From positions 91,036-148,025 of IMG/VR virus record IMGVR_UViG_3300042991_000632: a stretch of 56,990 bases of DNA; one strand, 5' to 3'. A program made the translations under genes and the position numbers. Below are positions 35,516-44,661 of the stretch, in pieces. Numbering within the stretch: the stretch's first letter is position 1; every line of letters begins with the position of its first letter. The notes under the pieces are model-generated. The model saw only the letters and a list, made by a program, of their open reading frames with translations, did no database searches and had not been told where the DNA came from. The stretch comes from a virus (taxonomy: Duplodnaviria; Heunggongvirae; Uroviricota; Caudoviricetes).

Positions 35516-38500
35516 TAGAGTAATTTATTGTTTTCGTTTAACATTTGTGTATCGTTCACAAAAGTAGATAATTCTTTTTTATTATTCTGTAATTTATCGG
35601 AATATATTTTTAACAATAACATTTTTTTTATCTTACCAACTTCCTCACCCTTTGGAATGCCAAGATTAATAATATCATTACCATTAATTGCTAATTCATT
35701 AACAGTTTTGGGATATTTACCCGATAATAATTCTTGTGCAGCAACATCAATTACGTGTGGTAAAATCTTACTTTGAAGTGATTCAATATATTTAACATAC
35801 ATATTATGTGCTACCGATCTTGCTTCAATCTTTGTTGTTGCTTCACTACTATCATAAGCAATTTGCAATGCCTGTATTTCTTTATAAATTTTAGTTCCTG
35901 TCGCATCTTCTGTTGCAAATCTTTTTAAGAAATATTCTGCTGGGTTTGGAAATAAACGTATTAATAAAAATATAAATTCACCAATCGTATTAACATCTTC
36001 AAATGGACTCCTATCGATTACTGATTGGTTTAATTCCGTACCAAATATTTGAGTATAAAGTCCGGTATTTTTCAATAACTGTGCTCCAATCCTTGGCTCA
36101 CCCTTCTCAACGATTTTACCAAACTCTGTTAATATTCTATCGGCAGGTTCTTTTTTTATCATTTCAGCATTGTCAATAATCATTTGCATTGTCTTTGGTT
36201 CAATTGAGAAACCAAAACGACTTGAAAATTGAACAGCACGTAACATCCTTAATGGATCATCACTAAATGCTTCAGGATTAACAGCACGGATAATTTTATT
36301 CTTTAAATCTTCCTGACCGTTATATGGATCAATAATATTCCCATCAATATCTTTTGCAATTGCATTTATTGTAAAATCTCTGCGTTCCAAATCTTTTTCA
36401 ATTGGTAATGTATGATCTGAGGTTATTTTAAAATCCTTATGTCCACCACCACCTGTTGGTTTTTCTGTTCTTGGAACTGCAATGTCTATGCTTTCAGTTG
36501 AACCATCTGGTGTAAATATTATCACACTAAATGATTGACCCTCAATGCTTGCTCTACCATATTTTGATAATATATTTTTTAGTTCTTCAATTGGTATACC
36601 AGCAATAAGTAAATCCAAATCTTTTGATTCTTTACCTAAGAAACCATCACGTACAGCACCACCAACTGAATATATCTTACCGCCACGTTCTTCAACCTCT
36701 TTTTTGAACGGTAAATCGTCCAACGACATTAGTTGTGCTTCATTTAGATTATTTTTAATTAAAACAAGATAGCCACCATCACCATCTTCAGCAATAACAT
36801 CACCATTAAAATCAAATTCCTCAATATCCGAAAAATCGGATTCGTTTGAATATCTTTTAGCATCTTCAAATGTTTTTGTAACCCAAACAATACTTTTTGC
36901 CGGGTATTTATCGAGTTCTGCTAATTTTTCATCAGTAATGTGTGCGAAATCATCAGTGTTTTCCAATTCATCTCTTTCATGTCTGACAACATCACCTGCA
37001 GTTGTTCCACGTTCATGCCAAAATCCACTATCAACACGATATGCTTTTCCAGAATACGCTTCTTCATTCAAATTCCCACTATTTGGTAATCTATACATCA
37101 ACTGCATCGTTTTAAAATCTTTATTTTTTCCTTTGTTCATTACAAATCCCAGAGAACTATACCATGCCTTTAACTTAGGTACGCTTGCTCCCCAAACATT
37201 ATCGGGGGTCAAGGTAATAATTTTATTTTGTTTATCAGCATAATCAAACAATGATTTTATTGCATCATTAGCATATCCTTTACCTCTGAATGATTTATAA
37301 ATAAAAATTTTATCTAATGTAAGATATTCTTTATTTCGATTCATAATTTCGATCTCACCAACAACCTGACCATTATCCGTTATTTTATATGAACCCCAGC
37401 CACCCTGTATATCACTACTTGGTAAATCAACGGTTGTTGTTTCGTGCACCATGCTTTTAACGCCACCCAATAATTCATCATAATCTGTGTTTTGAAACAC
37501 TTCACTATATTCTTCATTGGGTTCATCGTATGCATCCAAACCAGTCATTTCATAAAATGCTCTTAATCTTTTTTTCATATCATCAGTAATTGTTACCTTA
37601 CCTTTGTATGTACCCTGCACTGGTCTTCTATATCTAACCTCTTTTAAATGAGCGAAGTCACCAATATCCCAATGTGAAATATCCACATCCGGTTTTTCTG
37701 AGATTTCATAAATATAAAATACTTCTGGATTTTTATTGTGTTGTAGGAACATTGAATATAATCCCATCACTGCACCACCAATGCTTTTACTTGCAGCAAC
37801 CTCTGGTTTATCACTAATCCAGAATGTATCGTATTTCCACACAGGACTACCGGAATCATCAATTGCCTCATAAAAACCTTCAGGTTCAAATTCTACGGTT
37901 TCACCCATGTTCTTTTCAACAGCACGATAATATTTTTGAGTATTTGCTACTTCACCCAATACAAATTTATTGTCGTCACTAACATTTGCAACATAATCTG
38001 ACCACATATCAGAATATATATTAACTGGAATTGTTGTTTCTTTATTAAGATATGCTTGAGCAACCCTATGATAACCATCTTCAACCAAAAATTTTTGTTT
38101 TTCTATGTTATAAAACACTAAAACTGGTTCATCAGTTTGAGAGGGTTTTCCTTGTTTAATATCCTGAATAGCACCAAAGATACCACGCTTACTTACGGTT
38201 AAATCTTTTAATGGAAAATCAGGAATTGATAACATTTCATCTTTTCCAACACCACGATTTAATTTATTATAATCAATTCCTTCACTTATTTTTTTTAATT
38301 CTAAATTATTAATATCGCCTTGATTGCATGCAACACTGGTATTACCCAATCCACCCAACCTGCATTTTTTCTTAACATTAACAGATTGTGCTCCGGGCAT
38401 ATATGATAACTTTCTTTCTGTCATCATATATTCATCATCAGTTGCATCACCAACGACATGATTATATTCTAAATCTTCATCAACGGGTGGCACATTATTG

Positions 38501-40959
38501 TCTGTCAACGGTGATGTATCATTTTGATTATATGTTGGAAATCCATCCTGACCTAAATCACTATCGGTTGAAAATTTCGATGATCCATCTTCAGCAACCA
38601 TAATTTCTTTTGCACCCACCGGATTTTGAAGTGCATTACCAAAACCAACATCAAAAAATCCTAATGCACCACTTTTCTTATATCCAAGATTTTCTTTATT
38701 TACGAAATCAATACTTTCAACACCATATTGTTGCAATTCTTCAGCAATTCTTATTAATCCATAGAAAAATTCAGAATCTTGTGAATTCTTTTTTAAATAT
38801 GCATCAATTTTTCGTTTATCAACAACACCATCACGCCACCAGCCAAGATAAAATTCGATTGCGTCTGGAATTGTAATATTTAATATTTTATTAAAAGCAA
38901 AATCTAATCTCGAATATTGTTGTGCAATACTTGGATCGGTATCAAGTTTTTCAAGTACAATTACATATGTTTCCGGTATTGTGTCATCAGATTTTGATTT
39001 AACTCTATAAACACCATATGGTTGTGCAATATATTTTAATTGCTTATCAATAAGTTTTAAGTTTTCAACGGCTTCTGTTTTATCTTTTGTTACTTTTAGT
39101 ATTTTATCATCACCAATATCATAAGCAACACCAAAATTACCACCAGCAATATATTTAGGCTGTTCATATCCAAGTTTATCGGCTACTTGCTGTGCAATTT
39201 TATCGGCAATTGTTTTATCATAAACTTCAATTAGGTTAGACATATTTTCTGGTAGAAATACCGTATTGCTATCATTAAAATATGGCTCTGTTGCGCTATA
39301 ACCGCCAACATCAAAATATTTTAATACACCATCCTTATATCCAAGATTTCTCGGTTCAACAATATAATCATGTGATTTAATTTCTAAACTAATCAGATCA
39401 TTTCTGATGTTTAATAAATCCATTATATATTTATACGCAAGTTTTCGATCATCCTCAGATACCTTGGCTTCTGGGTTATTGGTTAAAATCTTTTTTGCAA
39501 TTTCTGCGATTTGTTCTGATGTGTATTTTTTCTTAACAAAATAAAAAGCAAAATCACCAAAATTTAAACCGTCTGGTTTTATTTCTTCTATGATTTTTTC
39601 AAGTCTATAAAATTCCTGTGTTGGTTTATCGATAATATTTTCTTGTAATATTCCATAGAATGATGCATTATTATTTTCAGTATCAACAATTTTATATAAA
39701 CCAAACACATCTGCAATATGCATAGGATGTCCTCTCATCACTTTGGTTGCAGAATCCGCTTCACTAACATCAGATGTTATTTTAAAAACATTCTCACTAT
39801 CTAATTCATATGCATAACCAAAGCCACCAGAACCTAAAAATTTTGGTGTGTTTGGTGATAAATTTATTTTCTTAATAGTAGCATTTGCTAATTTTAATGC
39901 ATATTCAGGATTCAAATCATTGATACGTGAAAGTCCTGATCTTGAATTTGGTTTTGTTGTTTCGTCAATTTCACGTACTTCTTTTTGTAAAAGATCACGA
40001 TTGTACCAACCTTGCTCTACAAGATATTCCTGAAGAATTAGTAAATTATCATAAAATTTCTTTTTATTTGGAACACGTTCTAATGTTTCTTTAAGATTGT
40101 TTACACATTCATGAAACATATCAACAATATATGGCATGCTTGGTAACTTTCTTGTTGGATATTTATTCCTATTTAAAATAAATGAGATGAAACCTTCATT
40201 AACAACATCATTGCCATCGCCAACACCATAAGGTATTAATCCCCACATACCATGTCTAACCTCATCGCCACTTCCAATGTCTGAAAGTATATCGTCATTA
40301 CCATCATTAAAACCATAAAGTTCATATAGTTGATATTTATTTTGTTTTCTTTGTGGACTATAATATGTATCAAACACCTCATCATTTAAACCATAATCGG
40401 TTAAAACAATTATTGGTTGACCATCACGAAGAACTTCACCATATGAACTTGGTCTGTTCATATCCCCGGCAGATTGATCATGATTTGCTATGAAATTTTG
40501 TAACTCCTGTGCAAATTCGTTATCGTTTAATTTTTCGACAACACTTTGATCTTGTCCAAATATTGCCCTACGACCTTTATTACTATCAGAAAAATTTCTG
40601 AGATACATGTATAATTCGCTTAAATTTGGTATTTCGGTTAGTTGTATGATTCTTTTTTCATTAACCTTCTTACCCTTCTCAGCAATTATCCACGTGTAAT
40701 CATCAGCAGATTCAAATATTTTTGTGACAATACTATGATTATATGAATAATACCCAATATTTATTTCGGCTTCATTTTGAGCAACACCTTTTGCATTCTT
40801 AGCAACCTTAAAAACTTTAGTGCCGTCAATGTCATACACAACCCTGCCACTACCACTACCAATTCGTGTTAGATTATCATTGGCTGCATTTATTTTTCCC
40901 GAAAAAGATTTAATTTCTTCAAAATCATCCAGAAAGACTAAAAATTCATCGTATGTCAT
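35515..40959 (-). CDS. cca: 1814-aa polyvalent protein: 3x kinase-like, ParB/Srx-like, ART-like, GNAT, ART-like, CCA-adding tRNA nucleotidyltransferase
   Basis: IGSGSGRVVY/TDYG, LGSGGFGYAY/HD..NLG/FDVG, IAGGNFGVAY/D..NLG/FDVG; VEDGYHRV; YYRA..WISD..KEVRY; LDKIFIYKSFRGKGYA; AYRV..WVT..AKRY; VGGAVRD..KDLD, DLERRDFTINAIA, FSDDPLRMLR. The symbol applies only to the C-terminal domain. Confidence 0.8.
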   Translation of the reverse strand: MTYDEFLVFLDDFEEIKSFSGKINAANDNLTRIGSGSGRVVYDIDGTKVFKVAKNAKGVAQNEAEINIGYYSYNHSIVTKIFESADDYTWIIAEKGKKVNEKRIIQLTEIPNLSELYMYLRNFSDSNKGRRAIFGQDQSVVEKLNDNEFAQELQNFIANHDQSAGDMNRPSSYGEVLRDGQPIIVLTDYGLNDEVFDTYYSPQRKQNKYQLYELYGFNDGNDDILSDIGSGDEVRHGMWGLIPYGVGDGNDVVNEGFISFILNRNKYPTRKLPSMPYIVDMFHECVNNLKETLERVPNKKKFYDNLLILQEYLVEQGWYNRDLLQKEVREIDETTKPNSRSGLSRINDLNPEYALKLANATIKKINLSPNTPKFLGSGGFGYAYELDSENVFKITSDVSEADSATKVMRGHPMHIADVFGLYKIVDTENNNASFYGILQENIIDKPTQEFYRLEKIIEEIKPDGLNFGDFAFYFVKKKYTSEQIAEIAKKILTNNPEAKVSEDDRKLAYKYIMDLLNIRNDLISLEIKSHDYIVEPRNLGYKDGVLKYFDVGGYSATEPYFNDSNTVFLPENMSNLIEVYDKTIADKIAQQVADKLGYEQPKYIAGGNFGVAYDIGDDKILKVTKDKTEAVENLKLIDKQLKYIAQPYGVYRVKSKSDDTIPETYVIVLEKLDTDPSIAQQYSRLDFAFNKILNITIPDAIEFYLGWWRDGVVDKRKIDAYLKKNSQDSEFFYGLIRIAEELQQYGVESIDFVNKENLGYKKSGALGFFDVGFGNALQNPVGAKEIMVAEDGSSKFSTDSDLGQDGFPTYNQNDTSPLTDNNVPPVDEDLEYNHVVGDATDDEYMMTERKLSYMPGAQSVNVKKKCRLGGLGNTSVACNQGDINNLELKKISEGIDYNKLNRGVGKDEMLSIPDFPLKDLTVSKRGIFGAIQDIKQGKPSQTDEPVLVFYNIEKQKFLVEDGYHRVAQAYLNKETTIPVNIYSDMWSDYVANVSDDNKFVLGEVANTQKYYRAVEKNMGETVEFEPEGFYEAIDDSGSPVWKYDTFWISDKPEVAASKSIGGAVMGLYSMFLQHNKNPEVFYIYEISEKPDVDISHWDIGDFAHLKEVRYRRPVQGTYKGKVTITDDMKKRLRAFYEMTGLDAYDEPNEEYSEVFQNTDYDELLGGVKSMVHETTTVDLPSSDIQGGWGSYKITDNGQVVGEIEIMNRNKEYLTLDKIFIYKSFRGKGYANDAIKSLFDYADKQNKIITLTPDNVWGASVPKLKAWYSSLGFVMNKGKNKDFKTMQLMYRLPNSGNLNEEAYSGKAYRVDSGFWHERGTTAGDVVRHERDELENTDDFAHITDEKLAELDKYPAKSIVWVTKTFEDAKRYSNESDFSDIEEFDFNGDVIAEDGDGGYLVLIKNNLNEAQLMSLDDLPFKKEVEERGGKIYSVGGAVRDGFLGKESKDLDLLIAGIPIEELKNILSKYGRASIEGQSFSVIIFTPDGSTESIDIAVPRTEKPTGGGGHKDFKITSDHTLPIEKDLERRDFTINAIAKDIDGNIIDPYNGQEDLKNKIIRAVNPEAFSDDPLRMLRAVQFSSRFGFSIEPKTMQMIIDNAEMIKKEPADRILTEFGKIVEKGEPRIGAQLLKNTGLYTQIFGTELNQSVIDRSPFEDVNTIGEFIFLLIRLFPNPAEYFLKRFATEDATGTKIYKEIQALQIAYDSSEATTKIEARSVAHNMYVKYIESLQSKILPHVIDVAAQELLSGKYPKTVNELAINGNDIINLGIPKGEEVGKIKKMLLLKIYSDKLQNNKKELSTFVNDTQMLNENNKLL

Positions 40960-40978
40960 GGCAAGAATATAGTATATC

Positions 40979-40987
40979 CATAAATAC
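40979..40987 (-). promoter_or_regulatory. Putative late promoter motif
   Basis: cataaatac upstream of ATG 40959. Confidence 0.6.
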
Positions 40988-40999
40988 AGAATTAACCGT

Positions 41000-41024
41000 A
41001 AAAAAAGCGCAACTATTGTTGCGC
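41000..41024 (-). terminator. Intrinsic terminator
   Basis: gcgcaac-tatt-gttgcgc hairpin with T run on the minus strand; contains the TAG of ORF 41013-41693. Confidence 0.75.
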
Positions 41025-41693
41025 CTTATTTTGCTTTGATTTTGCTTGAATCTCTCGAATTGTTTCGATAACGATTGTTCGAATAAGGTCTTTATTTTCA
41101 GTAAGTACCGATTTGATCCTATCAACAGCATACATTTCAAGTATGGTATCCTTGATTGCTTCTTCGAATATTGGACTCAGGCTTTCTGCCAAATAATTAT
41201 TAACAATTTTCTTCACATTTTCAGTGAGATACTGTTCATTTAAATTCATTGGTTGTGCTGGTGGTTGATTTTTCATTGGAGCACCAACTGCTGGCATTTT
41301 AGAAAACTCTGACATTGATTCAGTCAATGTTTGTTTTCTTTTTGACTCCATGTCACGATATAACTGTTCATCCCTTTCGGGCGACATGTCAACATCTTGT
41401 GCTGGCATTGGAATATGACCACGTTGTGGTTGTGCGACAGGTGTTTCATTAATACGCATTCTTAGACTTTCGCCTTTCTTTTCAGCCACCCTACCGTCAA
41501 CAACTTTAACCAAACTTGTTGCTGCGTTTTCTTTTCCGGTTCTTAGTGATTCAAGTAATCCATTTAAAAAAACATCTCTTGGTGCGACACCAGCACCAAC
41601 TGACTCTCCTAACGGAGATTGAGTCATGTTTCTTTCTCTTTTACGACTATCAATTTCGGTTTTTAATTTATTTAAATCGACACTTTTTGCCAT
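41013..41693 (-). CDS. Hypothetical protein (226 aa)
   Basis: Several INE/LTE/LNE motifs; helical C-terminus; late motif upstream. Confidence 0.75.
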   Translation of the reverse strand: MAKSVDLNKLKTEIDSRKRERNMTQSPLGESVGAGVAPRDVFLNGLLESLRTGKENAATSLVKVVDGRVAEKKGESLRMRINETPVAQPQRGHIPMPAQDVDMSPERDEQLYRDMESKRKQTLTESMSEFSKMPAVGAPMKNQPPAQPMNLNEQYLTENVKKIVNNYLAESLSPIFEEAIKDTILEMYAVDRIKSVLTENKDLIRTIVIETIREIQAKSKQNKAQQ

Positions 41694-41715
41694 TTTATAA
41701 AAATTTATATTTTTT

Positions 41716-41724
41716 TATAAATAC
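41716..41724 (-). promoter_or_regulatory. Putative late promoter motif
   Basis: tataaatac upstream of ATG 41693. Confidence 0.65.
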
Positions 41725-41728
41725 TACA

Positions 41729-42688
41729 TTATTTGAAAAAAGTCTTTCTTTCAACAGGAGTATTTGATAAATTATCTTTTGGAAGTTTACTTTTTAAATT
41801 ATTTTTTGTTTTATCAACAAATCTTCTCATTTCAATATCGCTTGATATTGGTGGTCGAACCATTTTATCATACAATGACATTAAATTTCCAACAAAAACT
41901 TCTTTGGGATATTTGTCTTTCTGACTAATATGTATTGTTCTGAAATTACCATTTCTATCGATGGCAACCATATAATCATTTGGCGATTTTTTCTTTTGTT
42001 TTCGTATCAAATCATATAAGCCACCAACAGTATCTTTTGTGATTTTTTTATTTTGTTTGGTAACATTATGAAAATCTCTGAATTTTTTTGCTTGTGATGC
42101 GAATGTTGATTTATCAACCTTTTGTGCTATTTTATCAGGTTCGTTAACTGAATCAGTTCCCTTAACCATCATTTCCTTTTCTTTTGATATTGAAACATGT
42201 GCAATCGCTGTTGGTATAAACTTATCTTCCTCACTATATTTGGGTGGTATGTCTACTTTTCCATCTTTATCAACAAATCGTTGACCGTTACCAATTGGCA
42301 ATACCTCAGTGATGTTATTAACTAAAAATAATCTCCATCCCGGCTTATTACCCCAATACTCATGTTCTGATCTGCGTCTTCCTTTTTTATCACCCCATTT
42401 ATAAGAATCACTATCACCCTTTTCTTGCCACGCCCTGAGTGCTAATTCACCGTTATGATTCTCAATTGGATTACCTTTTTTATCAGTTGTTTTCGTTTGT
42501 AACAAGCCTAAACGCATAGGTCTGACTGTTCGATATCCTTTTGAAATTGTCTCATCACCAGCATAATAGATATAGATATACTGATAGTTATTGATTGCAT
42601 CCACAAGTCGCTTATCAACAACACTTTCAGTTATAAGATAACGAAAAGTATCAATATTATCACGCAATATTTTAGTTTCTGATTGCAT
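41729..42688 (-). CDS. WYL-like domain protein
   Basis: YIYYAGD..GYRTVRPMRLG..LRAWQ..WRLFLVNNI follows the WYL (R-x-V-x-P ... R-x-F-x-x-x-x-I) pattern. Confidence 0.65.
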   Translation of the reverse strand: MQSETKILRDNIDTFRYLITESVVDKRLVDAINNYQYIYIYYAGDETISKGYRTVRPMRLGLLQTKTTDKKGNPIENHNGELALRAWQEKGDSDSYKWGDKKGRRRSEHEYWGNKPGWRLFLVNNITEVLPIGNGQRFVDKDGKVDIPPKYSEEDKFIPTAIAHVSISKEKEMMVKGTDSVNEPDKIAQKVDKSTFASQAKKFRDFHNVTKQNKKITKDTVGGLYDLIRKQKKKSPNDYMVAIDRNGNFRTIHISQKDKYPKEVFVGNLMSLYDKMVRPPISSDIEMRRFVDKTKNNLKSKLPKDNLSNTPVERKTFFK

Positions 42689-42927
42689 TATGCAGTCGCA
42701 TCGTTATATTCTTTGTTTCTGTTATACTTGTTTCTTACCACTGATTTTTCTCTGGTTCTGATATCGGTTAAACCACCAACCTGACCATCAACTTCGCCTT
42801 TACCCGGCTCATCACCATTCGATAATGCATTTGAGTGACCAACTTCATATTTGTCGTTTTCATCGTATGCGTTTCTGGCAATATGTTTTACTCTAAACGG
42901 TAAACTAATTCCTTCTAATCTGCTCAT
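42688..42927 (-). CDS. Small hypothetical protein (79 aa)
   Basis: Stop overlaps the WYL start; late motif upstream. Confidence 0.7.
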   Translation of the reverse strand: MSRLEGISLPFRVKHIARNAYDENDKYEVGHSNALSNGDEPGKGEVDGQVGGLTDIRTREKSVVRNKYNRNKEYNDATA

Positions 42928-42959
42928 TTTTGTATGTTTTAGTTTTTCATGTTATTTTT

Positions 42960-42968
42960 AATAAATAC
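42960..42968 (-). promoter_or_regulatory. Putative late promoter motif
   Basis: aataaatac upstream of ATG 42927. Confidence 0.55.
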
Positions 42969-43757
42969 CTACTTATCATAATTTTTAAATGCAAGTGTTA
43001 TATATTCCATAAGATGCGGAACAGTATTTAAAAATCTAATCTCTTCAACATTAAACCAACCATAATTGGTGTTTTCTTCATTTAATGTTATTTCCGTAGG
43101 TTCACCATCATATCTGCATGCAAATATGTGTTCAATGCTATCTGGGTTTTTTTGGATTGCGAATGTTTTAATAAATTTATCAATCTCCAATCCAATTTCT
43201 TCAGTAATTTCTCTTTTAACTGCTTTTTCAGGTGTTTCACCCTTTTCAATACCACCGCCAACTAACGCCCATTTGCTTGGTTGCCATATCTTCGGATCAT
43301 CCGATCTTTTTAATAATAAAAATTTATTATCGGCATTAACAATTATAGCAACAGCATTTTTTGTTAATTCTTTCTTCTCTTTTTTTTCTTCGTTTAATTC
43401 CGGTGATGCATCGTATGGTCTTGTTCCAAGATTAACATTAACGTTAGCATCTCTATTTACTTCCTGTGATCTTTCAACGGATGCTCTTTCTGAATTCAAT
43501 TTACTATCAACAAAAGATTTCATTAAATTACCACCAGCAAGTTCATACTGTGCCTTGTTACCAGTTTGCATGTTAAACGTATCAAAGAAATGTTTTAATC
43601 CCTTTAATTCCTGATAACTTAAAACACCATTTTTAACGATGAATTTTGCCCTTTTAACGCCCTCACCTGTTGGATTGGATACCAGTACCGCTTGGACATA
43701 TTTAATCACGTCTGGGGGCACGCTATACGTTTTATTGTATAATTCTGAGTTAGCCAT
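42969..43757 (-). CDS. NUDIX hydrolase with N-terminal extra domain
   Basis: GGGIEKGETPEKAVKREITEEIGL Nudix box. Confidence 0.9.
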   Translation of the reverse strand: MANSELYNKTYSVPPDVIKYVQAVLVSNPTGEGVKRAKFIVKNGVLSYQELKGLKHFFDTFNMQTGNKAQYELAGGNLMKSFVDSKLNSERASVERSQEVNRDANVNVNLGTRPYDASPELNEEKKEKKELTKNAVAIIVNADNKFLLLKRSDDPKIWQPSKWALVGGGIEKGETPEKAVKREITEEIGLEIDKFIKTFAIQKNPDSIEHIFACRYDGEPTEITLNEENTNYGWFNVEEIRFLNTVPHLMEYITLAFKNYDK

Positions 43758-44622
43758 TATCTCTTTCCAATAAATTTATCAACTTATCAATATCTTTCTT
43801 ATCAAATTTCTTATTAATCAAACCAGCAATTTTTTGAAGATTCTTTTCACGAACACCCTTATCATCACTTTTTTTCGATATTTCATCTTCGGTTTTTTTA
43901 TCAACAACCTTATCTTCAATCACTGCTACTTCATTCAATGAATTATCAACTAAATAAAATTCAGGATATTTTCTTCTAAAAAAATTAATAATGTCTGTCT
44001 CTGGAACTTCTAATCCCCACCAATCAGGAAAGCCAATATCCCATTTATTATCAACACTACTTAATCTTTCATTATCATCAAATTTAAATGTAATGTAAAA
44101 CAAATCATTCTTTCTGCTTTTAAATGTTATCGGTTTTTTTGATGAAATTTCTTCATCAACAGGTTTCTTTTCAACATCCTTATCTTCTAAATATGGATGT
44201 ATTAAAGCAATAACTTTTTTTGCCCAATCAAAATCTACTTTTCTTTTATCTTCCGGCTGGCTTTCAAAATCATGTTCAGAATGTATTCTGAAATCAGATT
44301 TTAATTTATTGGGATTACGATAATAATATTCTAATGTTTCCATATATTTATCGTACATTAACTTAGCCAAATCTTTAAGTATTGGAACATCATTGGGATC
44401 AACATCATCAGCATCTTTACCTTCAAAGAATGGTAATAATGTGAATCCAAAACGACCAAGCATGTCATATCTAAATGGTTGCATACCTATTTTAGCATTA
44501 ATATCTGTAGTGTTACTTGCTTGTGTTTCTAAATTACCACCACTTTTAGGTATATCGTCCTTGCCAATTAAATCATCATTTGAGTCAATTATTTCTTTTA
44601 ATTGTCTTTTTGTCAATTTCAT
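43750..44622 (-). CDS. Hypothetical protein (290 aa)
   Basis: Starts MKLTKRQLKEII; coupled to the NUDIX gene. Confidence 0.75.
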   Translation of the reverse strand: MKLTKRQLKEIIDSNDDLIGKDDIPKSGGNLETQASNTTDINAKIGMQPFRYDMLGRFGFTLLPFFEGKDADDVDPNDVPILKDLAKLMYDKYMETLEYYYRNPNKLKSDFRIHSEHDFESQPEDKRKVDFDWAKKVIALIHPYLEDKDVEKKPVDEEISSKKPITFKSRKNDLFYITFKFDDNERLSSVDNKWDIGFPDWWGLEVPETDIINFFRRKYPEFYLVDNSLNEVAVIEDKVVDKKTEDEISKKSDDKGVREKNLQKIAGLINKKFDKKDIDKLINLLERDNG

Positions 44623-44637
44623 AATTGCATATTTTTA

Positions 44638-44646
44638 TATAAATAC
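44638..44646 (-). promoter_or_regulatory. Putative late promoter motif
   Basis: tataaatac upstream of ATG 44622. Confidence 0.65.
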
Positions 44647-44661
44647 TAAATAGTTTCGATA

